The notes under the pieces: model-generated
Seen by the model: the letters and a program-made list of their open reading frames with translations, nothing else
What the model was told of the DNA's origin: nothing
Databases searched by the model: none
IMG/VR virus record: IMGVR_UViG_3300002098_000089
Coordinates: 1-34,908 of that record
Length of the DNA stretch: 34,908 bases
Direction: 5' to 3' (one strand)
Origin: a virus
Lineage: Duplodnaviria > Caudoviricetes
Shown: positions 17,467 to 27,000 of the stretch, piece after piece
Numbering within the stretch: the stretch's first letter is position 1
Layout: every line of letters begins with the position of its first letter
Position numbers and translations under genes: made by a program

Positions 17467-17934
17467 ATGATTACTGATAACTTCCTAACCCTTTCGGGTG
17501 CTTGGGCCAGTGGTGTATGGACAGGACAAACTGTTACAGGTGCGTCAGCAGTGTTGTCCACTAACACAGTAGATCTCCAACAAAACCGCGACATCGGTGA
17601 AGGTGCAGAACTCAACTTGCGAGTTGGCGTTTCTGTAGCGTTTACTGGTTTGACAGCATTGACAGTAGAAGTGATTGTTGCGGATGACGCAGCATTAACT
17701 ACTAACATTACTGTTGTTGGATCTTCTGGTGCTGTTCCAGTAGCTTCAATCGGTACGATTGGTCAGCGTTTGATCGTTGGTCTAAATCCACGCATTGCCT
17801 CCAAAGGTCAGCGCTATTTAGGTGTTCGTTACACACCTACTGGCACTGGTACTGCTGGTGCTTTGATCGCTGAACTCGGTACAGATATTGCTGATGGTCA
17901 GAAGTTCTACCCTGTTGGATTCGCAGTTCTTTAA
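17467..17934 (+). CDS. Capsid cement protein (Bbp16-like)
   Basis: MITD..L, Q.VT...STNTVDL...RDIGEG, QRYL..RY. Confidence 0.85.
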   Translation: MITDNFLTLSGAWASGVWTGQTVTGASAVLSTNTVDLQQNRDIGEGAELNLRVGVSVAFTGLTALTVEVIVADDAALTTNITVVGSSGAVPVASIGTIGQRLIVGLNPRIASKGQRYLGVRYTPTGTGTAGALIAELGTDIADGQKFYPVGFAVL

Positions 17935-17947
17935 TTAGGAGATTAGC

Positions 17948-18133
17948 ATGGCCCAATACCGCGTTCTTACCCCATCCTTTATCAATGGCGAACTCTTAGC
18001 CGAAGGTGCTTTCGTTGAATATGACGGCGAAGTATCAGACAACTTAGAGCTAGTTAAGAAAGGATCTAAGGCTGCGGTTGGGCCTGCTGATGTAGCAGAA
18101 CCTAGTTTTAGCAATGTACCAACTGGCGTATAA
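17948..18133 (+). CDS. Small hypothetical virion-region protein
   Basis: YRVL..SFING.L..EG..VEY.G; AGGAG RBS. Confidence 0.75.
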   Translation: MAQYRVLTPSFINGELLAEGAFVEYDGEVSDNLELVKKGSKAAVGPADVAEPSFSNVPTGV

Positions 18134-18151
18134 CAAAAAGAAGTAAATGAT

Positions 18152-18178
18152 CTGGGGGCAGTACGCCCCCAGTTTCTT
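18152..18178 (+). terminator. Intrinsic terminator after capsid genes
   Basis: CTGGGGGC-AGTAC-GCCCCCAG followed by TTTCTT. Confidence 0.8.
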
Positions 18179-18198
18179 AATGAAAGGCGGGTAATCTA

Positions 18199-18867
18199 AT
18201 GGCATCAGAAGTCGATATTTGTAATTTAGCTCTGGGCCATATTGGTGATTCTGCCACTGTATCAAGTATCAACCCACCAGAAGGAAGCGCACAAGCAGAA
18301 CACTGCTCACGCTTTTATCCAATGGCTAGGGATGCGCTATTAGAAATGCACTCTTGGGGATTTGCAACAAAGAGAGTCAACCTGGCGCTATTAACTAGCG
18401 CTTATCCAGAATGGGATTACTGCTATGCAATGCCATCGGATGCTATTAACATCTTATCAATATTGCCTAATAACTCTTCCGATGACTACAGCGTTGGTGT
18501 GACGGCAATGTATGGCATGACGACTACTCCTTTAATGGCGGGTGGTAACTATCAACCTCAGCCCTTTAACTGCGAATCATTAGATGATGGTACGCAAGTC
18601 ATTTATACCGATCAACAATATGCTGCTTGCCGGTATTCCGGTCAAGTAATCGATACCACTCAGTTTTCCCCTCTATTTGTAGAGTCTTTATCCTGGTTAT
18701 TGGCTGGCTACTTAGCTGGCCCAGTGATTAAAGGCGATGTCGGTGCGAGCATGGCTAAGAATTGCTATGCCTCATTTGCCGCAATGTTATCTAAAGCAAC
18801 TGTATCGGACGCGAATCAACGGCGCAATTCCATTACTCAGAATGTGCCTTGGATGGGTGGGCGTTAA
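18199..18867 (+). CDS. Tail tubular protein A / head-tail adaptor
   Basis: SEVDICNLAL..IG, RDALLE.HSW.FA.KR, F.PLFVE.L. Confidence 0.88.
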   Translation: MASEVDICNLALGHIGDSATVSSINPPEGSAQAEHCSRFYPMARDALLEMHSWGFATKRVNLALLTSAYPEWDYCYAMPSDAINILSILPNNSSDDYSVGVTAMYGMTTTPLMAGGNYQPQPFNCESLDDGTQVIYTDQQYAACRYSGQVIDTTQFSPLFVESLSWLLAGYLAGPVIKGDVGASMAKNCYASFAAMLSKATVSDANQRRNSITQNVPWMGGR

Positions 18868-21173
18868 TGCCCAATATCAGAACCCTTGCTAGATCCTTTG
18901 GTGGTGGTGAACTCACGCCGGAGTTCTTTGGTCGGATTGATGATGCTAAGTTTCAGACTGGCCTAGCGACTTGCCGTAACTTCTTGGTATTGCCTCATGG
19001 CCCAGCAGCTAATCGCCCAGGATTCTCGTATGTCAATGCCACTAAGTACAGTGGTACTAAAAAGTCCCGTTTAATCCCATTTTCTTATTCCACTACTCAA
19101 ACAATGGTATTGGAGTTTGGTAATCAGTACATTCGATTTCATACTGCTGGCGCTACTGTTCTTTCTGGTGGTGTGCCATTAGAAGTAGTCACTCCTTATT
19201 TAGAGGCCGATCTCTTTGATCTGCACTATGTTCAGTCTGCTGACATTCTGACGATTGTGCATCCTAACTATCCCCCTCAAGAACTGAGGCGTATTAGTTC
19301 AACAAGCTGGACACTAACAGCGATTAGCTTTGTATCTGCCTTATCTGCTCCTACCTCAGTCACAGCAACGGCCTCTGGCGGTACAACTGTACCCTATGTC
19401 TATGTCGTGACTACAGTAGGCGTTAATGGAATCGATGAATCGGTTATCTCTTCTACAGCCTCATGTTCTGGCAATCTATTAGCTACAGGGGCATACAACA
19501 CAATTAGCTGGGCAGCCGCTACCGGTGCGCAGCGTTATAAGGTCTATAAACAGACTAATGGATTATATGGTTACATTGGTCAAACAGATCAGCTCACTTT
19601 TAAAGATGACAATATCATTGCCGATCTGTCGGTATGCTCTCCATTAGTGAATAACCCATTCCCAGGCGCAGGCGATTATCCTGGCGCAGTATCGTATTTT
19701 GAGCAGAGAAGGTGCTTTGCTGGCACTTCAAACAAACCACAAAATATCTGGATGACTAAATCTGGTACAGAATCGAATATGAATTATTCCCTTCCGACTA
19801 GAGATGATGACTCCATTACCTTTCGAGTAGCAGCGCGTGAGGCCAATACAATCCGCCACATCATCCCATTAACCAATATGGTATTGCTCACTAGCGCAGC
19901 AGAATGGCGTATTACCTCGATTAACTCCGATGCTTTAACTCCAACTACTGTATCGGTTAGGCCACAATCTTATGTTGGCGCATCTAATGTTCAGCCCGCT
20001 ATTATCAATAACAATATGATCTACCCAGCAGCCAGGGGTGGTCACATGAGAGAGTTGGCGTACTCCTGGCAAGCCAATGGCTATGTAACAGGAGATCTTT
20101 CTTTGCGCGCTCCCCATCTGTTTGATGGCAATACGATTACGGATATGGCATTTTCTAAATCGCCATACCCGATTGTCTGGGCCATCTCTTCTAATGGGAA
20201 GTTATTAGGCTTAACCTATGTACCAGAACAACAAGTAGGCGCGTGGCACTGGCATGATACTGATGGCACTTTTGAGTCATGTTGCGTAGTTGCAGAAGGT
20301 AATGAAGATGTCCTTTATACAGTAGTTAATCGTACGATCAATGGTACGGTTGTCCGTTATTTGGAAAGATTAGCTAGTCGCCTATATACAAGCCAGGCAG
20401 ACTCTTTCTTTGTAGATTGTGGGGCAACTCTCAATACTGCCAATACCACAGCAACCACAGTCACAGTATCAGGTGGTACAACTTGGAATACCGGAGATAC
20501 AGTCACAATTACGGCCTCGGCTGCTTTATTTGCTTACCCTGCCACTACCGATGTCAATGATGCCATTATCCTTACTGATGCTAGTGGAGTGACTTATCGA
20601 CTAACTATTTCATCTACCTCTAGCACGACAGTCGCAACGGCTACTTTAGGATCAGCATTACCCGTATCGTTACGCAGTACAGCGATTAGTTCGTTCTCCT
20701 TTGCAAGAGATTCTATTACTGGATTAACTTGGCTAGAAGGTAAGACTGTTTCTATCCTAGCCGATGGTGCAGTTCATCCCCAAAAAGTAGTCACTAGCGG
20801 GACAATCTATTTAGACCAAGCCTCTGCAAAAGTTCAAGTCGGACTCCCGATTACAGCCGATATTCAAACGCTGCCCTGGGCGGCGCAAATCGATGCTGGA
20901 TATGGTCAAGGTAGAACTAAGAATGTGAATAAGGTCTGGATTAGGGTTTATCGTAGTTCGGGGATCTTTGTAGGGCCTGATACTAATAACCTGACTGAGG
21001 CAAAGCAAAGAACCTCCGAGATGTATGGCTTGCCACCGGCACTTAAATCAGAAGAGATCCCAGTGACGATCACTCCTAGCTGGGATGATTCTGGTCAAGT
21101 ATCTGTTCGCCAGTCAGATCCACTCCCACTAACGATTATCTCGATGACGCTTGAAGTAGCGGTTGGATCATAA
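18867..21173 (+). CDS. Tail tubular protein B / nozzle
   Basis: SF.GGEL.P...GR.D, RLIPF..S..Q, YP.AV.YFEQR, AWH.H.T.G, Q..PLPLTI; ATG 18867 overlaps upstream TAA. Confidence 0.92.
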   Translation: MPNIRTLARSFGGGELTPEFFGRIDDAKFQTGLATCRNFLVLPHGPAANRPGFSYVNATKYSGTKKSRLIPFSYSTTQTMVLEFGNQYIRFHTAGATVLSGGVPLEVVTPYLEADLFDLHYVQSADILTIVHPNYPPQELRRISSTSWTLTAISFVSALSAPTSVTATASGGTTVPYVYVVTTVGVNGIDESVISSTASCSGNLLATGAYNTISWAAATGAQRYKVYKQTNGLYGYIGQTDQLTFKDDNIIADLSVCSPLVNNPFPGAGDYPGAVSYFEQRRCFAGTSNKPQNIWMTKSGTESNMNYSLPTRDDDSITFRVAAREANTIRHIIPLTNMVLLTSAAEWRITSINSDALTPTTVSVRPQSYVGASNVQPAIINNNMIYPAARGGHMRELAYSWQANGYVTGDLSLRAPHLFDGNTITDMAFSKSPYPIVWAISSNGKLLGLTYVPEQQVGAWHWHDTDGTFESCCVVAEGNEDVLYTVVNRTINGTVVRYLERLASRLYTSQADSFFVDCGATLNTANTTATTVTVSGGTTWNTGDTVTITASAALFAYPATTDVNDAIILTDASGVTYRLTISSTSSTTVATATLGSALPVSLRSTAISSFSFARDSITGLTWLEGKTVSILADGAVHPQKVVTSGTIYLDQASAKVQVGLPITADIQTLPWAAQIDAGYGQGRTKNVNKVWIRVYRSSGIFVGPDTNNLTEAKQRTSEMYGLPPALKSEEIPVTITPSWDDSGQVSVRQSDPLPLTIISMTLEVAVGS

Positions 21174-21174
21174 G

Positions 21175-21206
21175 GTGCGCGTACCTCTGTAATAAAGCAT
21201 TATTTT
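21175..21206 (+). promoter_or_regulatory. Late promoter candidate 3
   Basis: GTGCGCGTAC-N16-TATTTT. Confidence 0.7.
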
Positions 21207-21231
21207 GGAGCTATTCACTAAGGGAGTCAGT

Positions 21232-21840
21232 ATGTCCTTTGCAGTAGCTTCTATATCTCTCATGGGCGCTGGCGTTGCTATGCAAACGATTGGCGCTAGA
21301 TCGTCAGCGATGGGCCAACAAAATGCCCTTAATGGTCAAGCAGACCTATCAGAAACCAATGCACGCCTATTTGAACTGGGCGCTCAATCTTCTATTCTTG
21401 CTGGTCAACGACAGTCAAATCAGATTCAACTCAAAGCAGGCCAGGTTAAAGGCGCTCAAACTGCGTCAATAGCAGCTAATGGAATCGATCTTGGCTCTGG
21501 ATCTGCTCAGAACATCTTAACGACTACCGATGTAATGAAGGAAGTCGATGTTAATACCACAATGGCTAATGCACTGCGTACTTCTTGGGGATATAAGAAT
21601 CAAGAAACTAATGCTCAGAACGATGCCAATATCAAACGCAGTCTAGCGAACGCGATTAACCCAAATCAAATAGCGCTGGCTACCTTAATAGATGGTGCTG
21701 GAAAAGTCGCCGGTAACTGGTATTCACTTAATAAAGTTGGTGCAATGGAAAAAGATATGAGTCTAATGAAGGCCAATATGAGTTCTGATGGAATTGGATC
21801 GTATGGCGGTAGTCAAGGCTGGTGGACAAAAAATGGCTAG
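21232..21840 (+). CDS. Internal virion (ejection) protein, T7 gp14-like position
   Basis: Hydrophobic N-terminus, G.Q.A..AANGIDL.SGSA motif; AAGGGAG RBS before ATG 21232. Confidence 0.85.
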   Translation: MSFAVASISLMGAGVAMQTIGARSSAMGQQNALNGQADLSETNARLFELGAQSSILAGQRQSNQIQLKAGQVKGAQTASIAANGIDLGSGSAQNILTTTDVMKEVDVNTTMANALRTSWGYKNQETNAQNDANIKRSLANAINPNQIALATLIDGAGKVAGNWYSLNKVGAMEKDMSLMKANMSSDGIGSYGGSQGWWTKNG

Positions 21841-24040
21841 AGTACCTACCTATGACAGTCCACAAGTAGGCCAAAGTCAAACTGCCGCATCTCCTTTTAA
21901 TACTGTAATGAGTGTTGAGGCAGGGGCATTACCTGGTAAACAACAGGCGATGCTAGGTCAGTCATTGACTTCTGCTGGTAGTGAAATGGCGAAGATTGCC
22001 TATGATGCTCAAAATGAAGCCAATAAAGTACGCGAGATAGACGCTACTAATCAAGCCAAGTCATCCATGATGACCTTAATGCACGATCCAAATCAGGGAT
22101 TCTTATCCGTTAAGGGATCGGCAGTAATGAATCGCGAATCAGGCAAGCCGCTTGCTGATGAATTTACTGATAACTTTAAACAACAGCTTGATCAGATCTC
22201 ATCATCTCTAGGTAATGATGCGCAGCGCAATGCCTTTACTGCTAAGTCTGGTGAACTCTTAAACCAATTTAGAGGCACAGCATTACAGCATGAAGTTAGC
22301 GAAGGCCGTAACTACACTAAATCAACACTGCAAGCCTCAAGTGATACCTCGATTCAGTCGCTAGTAGCCAACTATAGTAACCCTGTTATTAGGGATCAAG
22401 AAGTTAAAAATATCATGGCAATGAATGTAGCCCTGGCAGAGCATGATGGACTAGATCCTAAGTATGGTGAAGTCAAGGGATTGCAGATGGTATCTAGTGG
22501 TCACGCTCTTGCAATTAAGACGGCGATCTCTAATGACAATCTCGTAGGTGCGCAGGATTATTACAACAATGCGCGAAAAGCAAAACAGATGACAGTCCAG
22601 GATGATCTACAAATAGATCAGCTTATTGGTAAACAGATTGCAGTAGGCCAAGTCATTGTTGGAGTAGGGGATGTATTCAAGCAATATGGCCCGCAGTTGG
22701 CGACTGATGCCAATACCCTCAAAAACAATATTACTTTTGGCACTGAGTCCAACTTTCGCCAGTTCGATGCAAAAGGCAATGTACTTGCTAGTGGTAAAGG
22801 AGCGTTGGGAATTGCCCAAATATTGCCCAGCACTGCACCAGAGGCCGCTAAGTTAGCTGGTGTCGAGTGGAAACCAGAATTATTTTTCCAGGGCAGAACG
22901 GGTGATCCCGTTAAAGATAAACAAGCCCTTGAATACAACCAACTATTAGGTGCTGCTTACCTAGATGATCAATATAAGACTTTTGGTACTTTAGATAAGG
23001 CGTGGGCTGCTTACAATGCTGGCCCAGGCGCTTTAAAGAAAGCAATGGCTGAATCTGCTAAGACTGGTCAAAACTATCTTACTTATATGCCAAAAGAAAC
23101 ACAGGATTATGTGACTAAGAATATTGCTGAGTTTACTAAAAGAAACAACAGTGTTCAGCCAGTGAGTTTAGAAACCATGATTGGCGCAGTATCAGAGAAG
23201 TTTAAAGATGCGCCTCCTGCGATTCGCCAGATGGCAATCAATAAAACAACAGTCGATTACAACACTTTGCAGTCCAATGTAGTTGAGAGAGAAGCTACAC
23301 AAACTACATCTGCTATCGATGCTCTTTTAAAGAACAATGGTAATTTTGCAGCCCTCCCAGCAGAGATCATTAGCACGATCCCTTATAAGAGTTTGGATAA
23401 GCTCACCAAGTTTGCCGATGCCGTATCAAGTGGCACTCAAAAATCAGATATGGGCACATTTAATAAGCTCACTAATACGGATTACTTGGGTAGCCTGACC
23501 GATGCCCAGTTCAATGTATTTCGTGCAGATCTGGATGGTAAAGACTTTAAGCTATTCCAAGATCAAAGAGCCTCGCTAAAGACTGGTGCTGCGGTAGCTG
23601 CTGCTGGCAATATTCCTACAGGCCAGATAAACAATGTATTGAATATGCGCTTGCAGTCATTAGGAATAGATCCCACTCCTAACAATGATGAAGATAAGAT
23701 CCGCCTTGGCGCGATTAAAAAGTTCATGTATGACGCTGCTAGTGTTCGTCAAGCGGGTACTGGCAAGGGAATGACAGATGTAGAGGTCAATAAGTTTGTC
23801 GATGATGTGTTCTCTCAGTCTAAGCAATTTAGAAAAGTTTATCTAGGCGGCCTCTATTCAAGTAATTCATCCCCAGAAACAGTCATCACAATGAAGGTAG
23901 ATCAAATCCCTCCTGATGATAGAGATGCTATTACAGCAGCATTACAGCGCCAAGGAATTACTAAACCAACAGATGCAGATGTACTCGGTCTGTACTTCAA
24001 AGCAAAAATCAAACCAAGGCAAGTCCTAAACAATGGCTGA
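21833..24040 (+). CDS. Internal virion protein with lytic transglycosylase (SLT) domain
   Basis: MARVPTY start; TES, S.KGALGIAQILPSTA, AAYNAGPG, PKETQDYV. Confidence 0.9.
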   Translation: MARVPTYDSPQVGQSQTAASPFNTVMSVEAGALPGKQQAMLGQSLTSAGSEMAKIAYDAQNEANKVREIDATNQAKSSMMTLMHDPNQGFLSVKGSAVMNRESGKPLADEFTDNFKQQLDQISSSLGNDAQRNAFTAKSGELLNQFRGTALQHEVSEGRNYTKSTLQASSDTSIQSLVANYSNPVIRDQEVKNIMAMNVALAEHDGLDPKYGEVKGLQMVSSGHALAIKTAISNDNLVGAQDYYNNARKAKQMTVQDDLQIDQLIGKQIAVGQVIVGVGDVFKQYGPQLATDANTLKNNITFGTESNFRQFDAKGNVLASGKGALGIAQILPSTAPEAAKLAGVEWKPELFFQGRTGDPVKDKQALEYNQLLGAAYLDDQYKTFGTLDKAWAAYNAGPGALKKAMAESAKTGQNYLTYMPKETQDYVTKNIAEFTKRNNSVQPVSLETMIGAVSEKFKDAPPAIRQMAINKTTVDYNTLQSNVVEREATQTTSAIDALLKNNGNFAALPAEIISTIPYKSLDKLTKFADAVSSGTQKSDMGTFNKLTNTDYLGSLTDAQFNVFRADLDGKDFKLFQDQRASLKTGAAVAAAGNIPTGQINNVLNMRLQSLGIDPTPNNDEDKIRLGAIKKFMYDAASVRQAGTGKGMTDVEVNKFVDDVFSQSKQFRKVYLGGLYSSNSSPETVITMKVDQIPPDDRDAITAALQRQGITKPTDADVLGLYFKAKIKPRQVLNNG

Positions 24041-27000
24041 TCAAAATGAGTATGATGCAGTAGCGTCACAGTTTTTAGGCGCTCGTAAACAGGCCACTAC
24101 TGAGAATGTAAAGTTAAATATCAGTAATGCGCTATCTGTAAACCCAGATGAAGCGGCAGCAGTTCAAAAGGATGCCAATAAATTAGGCGTCCCGATTGAT
24201 TCTGCGATGGCTAATCCGGCAGAAATACGAAAGCAATCCTACTTTGAATCCATTGGATTTAATGATGTAGTCGATAGCAAGGCCGCATCAGATTTTTATC
24301 AAGATCAAAACAAGGCCAATATCGGTAGTGACTCTGTTCAAGAGATGATTGATCTATCTAAGGCAGCTCAGACACTAGGTACTGCCGGAAGATCTATTGG
24401 AAGATTTGCTGCCGACATACCGGCTGGTATCTTTGGTATCGGTGAAGGTGTGATGAAAACCATTGCCGATCCTTTAGATTGGGCTACGGGTGGTAATGCT
24501 CCTAATCGCTTTCGTGTATGGGGCAATGAATTAGAACAACTCCGAAAAACAACGACTCAGGCTGGTGACATTATCCAAGGCGATATGCCTAAAGATCCTG
24601 GGGTATTTGAGCGTAACTTATATAACACTGGTAGATCCTTTGGAGATATGTTGCCAGGGATGCTTGCGACTATTGTTACTAAGAATCCTTACTATGCGCT
24701 AGGTACTGCTGGAATAGTGCAAGGTGGTCAATCTACTTCTGAGTCTTTAGATGAAGGTGTAGCGCCTATTAAGGCATTAACGCGAGGAATTATCGATGCT
24801 GGCTGGGAGGTCATATTTGAGAAGTTTGGAGTCGATAAGCTCTTAAAAGATATTGCCGTGAACTCTGGATTTGGCAAGATGCTGATCCATCAGATTGTTC
24901 GGGAATTGCCTAGTGAATTAGCAACAACCCTCATGCAGCAAGTAGATGAATACGCTATCACTAAGACTAAAGCCAATTTTAATGAGTTCATGCAACAGCT
25001 AGGTCCAGCAGAATTAGATACTGCTATCTCCACTGTAATGCAAACTGTATTAACTGCTGGTCTTGGTCATGGGGTTAATCGGATTAAACAGAAAATCGAG
25101 GGCGTAGAAGATGCCAAACAGTCTAATGCCTCTTTTGACATACTCACTAAACTCAATGATCTGATCAGTACAAATAAGGTCAAGGAGCGTGATATTGAAT
25201 CCTTCCATACCTTCATGCAATCAGCTACTGAGGATGGTGATGTAAGTCATGTATTCATAGAGCCTAAAGTCATGGTGCAGGCATTAGAGGCATCAGGGAT
25301 GACTCAAGAACAATTTGCTACTGAATCCCCAGTGATTAGTAAACAGCTTAATGAATCAATGGCTACTAATACTGATTTGGCTATTCCAGTAGCAGATTTT
25401 GCTACTGAGTTAGCTGGTAAATCGTATTCACAAAGCCTCATAGCTCATCTTAAAACAGATCCGAATGGCATGAGTCAGGTCGAAGCACAGCAGTATATGG
25501 TTGAGCATGGTAATGATCTCAAGGAAGAGGTCGAGAAGATCCTAGGTGAGAACACCAATATGCAAGAGTTCAATGCAAGTAAGGATCGCGTCAAACAACA
25601 CATCTTACAAAACCTTAATGAATCAACCGAGTGGCCTGCCATTAAGAATGAGAATGATGCCGAGTTAATTGCTACCCGTACAGCCGTTCGCGCTGCCCAG
25701 TTGCACATGACGCCAGAAGCCTTATTTCAAAAGCACTTATTAAAAGTTAGTGATTCTAGTTCTGAAACGACTACTGGTGATGTTGTCCTTAATCAAAAAC
25801 ACCATGTAACGCTAGACACTTCTATATTGGATATAACCGATCAATCTACTAAAGGATTGAAAAAAGCGGCAGCCGCCTACGCCAAAAAGAATTTTGCTAA
25901 TTCCGTAGTAAAGAATGAATCTGATGGACAAGACATCATTATTAGCAATCAAGGAATCAAGCATGGAGCGTCAGGCACAGGATCGAAACTCAGCGCTCTG
26001 GCATTATCTGCCTTAGATCAAATCATTGGTAAGGCTAAATACACTCATTCAGAACAAGATAATAAGAATCGCAACACCATTAAAGAGGTTCGGTTCTATG
26101 AAACTACTGTCAATCTAGGTGATGAAAAGGCTAAACTCAAGATCGTGGTGCGCGTAGCTAATGATGGCAGTCGCTATTATGACCACTACGAAATAGAAAA
26201 CCCCGCAGGGCAATCTGGAAAGCTCAGATTTAACCAAGACTCGCTCCAGCCGTTTACGGGGCTTCTGTCCAAAGAGGACATTGCCAGTCTAAAGCGACTT
26301 GAGCCAAAAAGCAATACCTACTCTCAAAGTGGCTTAAAGCAAACAGAAACACCAGAATTTAAGGCCTGGGCCGGTACAGATAAGCCAGTAATTGAATCTG
26401 ATGAAGTTAATGGCACTTCATTTAAAGGTGATGGCCCTTTTGTAATGGAACTTTATCATGGGACAACCCATAATTTCAATGAATTTAAAGGTGGCGAAAA
26501 TGGCAATATAGAAGGACATTTTGGAGCAGTTAATTACTTTACATCTAGCTCCCATGATGTCCATAAAAACTATATGGGTGTTGGCCCAGATTTAACATCA
26601 AGAATAGAACAAAAAGCGGAGAGGTTAGCTGATGAAATTAAAGACCATTACGATAATTTTGAAGATGATGCTCTTGCTGTTCAAGCCATAAAAGAAAAAT
26701 ATGGTGAAGATGTATATGACGAAGATATGCTTAAGATGGCGAGGAACATTGCCGATAAAGAACTCAATGGCGGAAATTATAATGTTCTTACTGTATTCGT
26801 TAAAACAGAAAAACCATTTGTAGTAAATGATAAAAACTCACCATTCATGGAATTTATAGATCAGGAAGAGTTAGAAAAAGAGGCAATTCAAAGGGTAGCT
26901 GAAAATGAGGGAATTTATGAATCCGAGGTAACGGATGCTAATAATGACTATCAGGATCAGATAGATGAAGCCCGTTATGAAATCATGGATGAAAAAGACA

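Noticed and set aside
26212-26230. 7-nt-loop hairpin with central CUU read as a tRNA-Lys anticodon arm
   Set aside because: Loop AGCUUUC lacks U33 and purine-37, and no T-arm or CCA is present, so it is not called a tRNA
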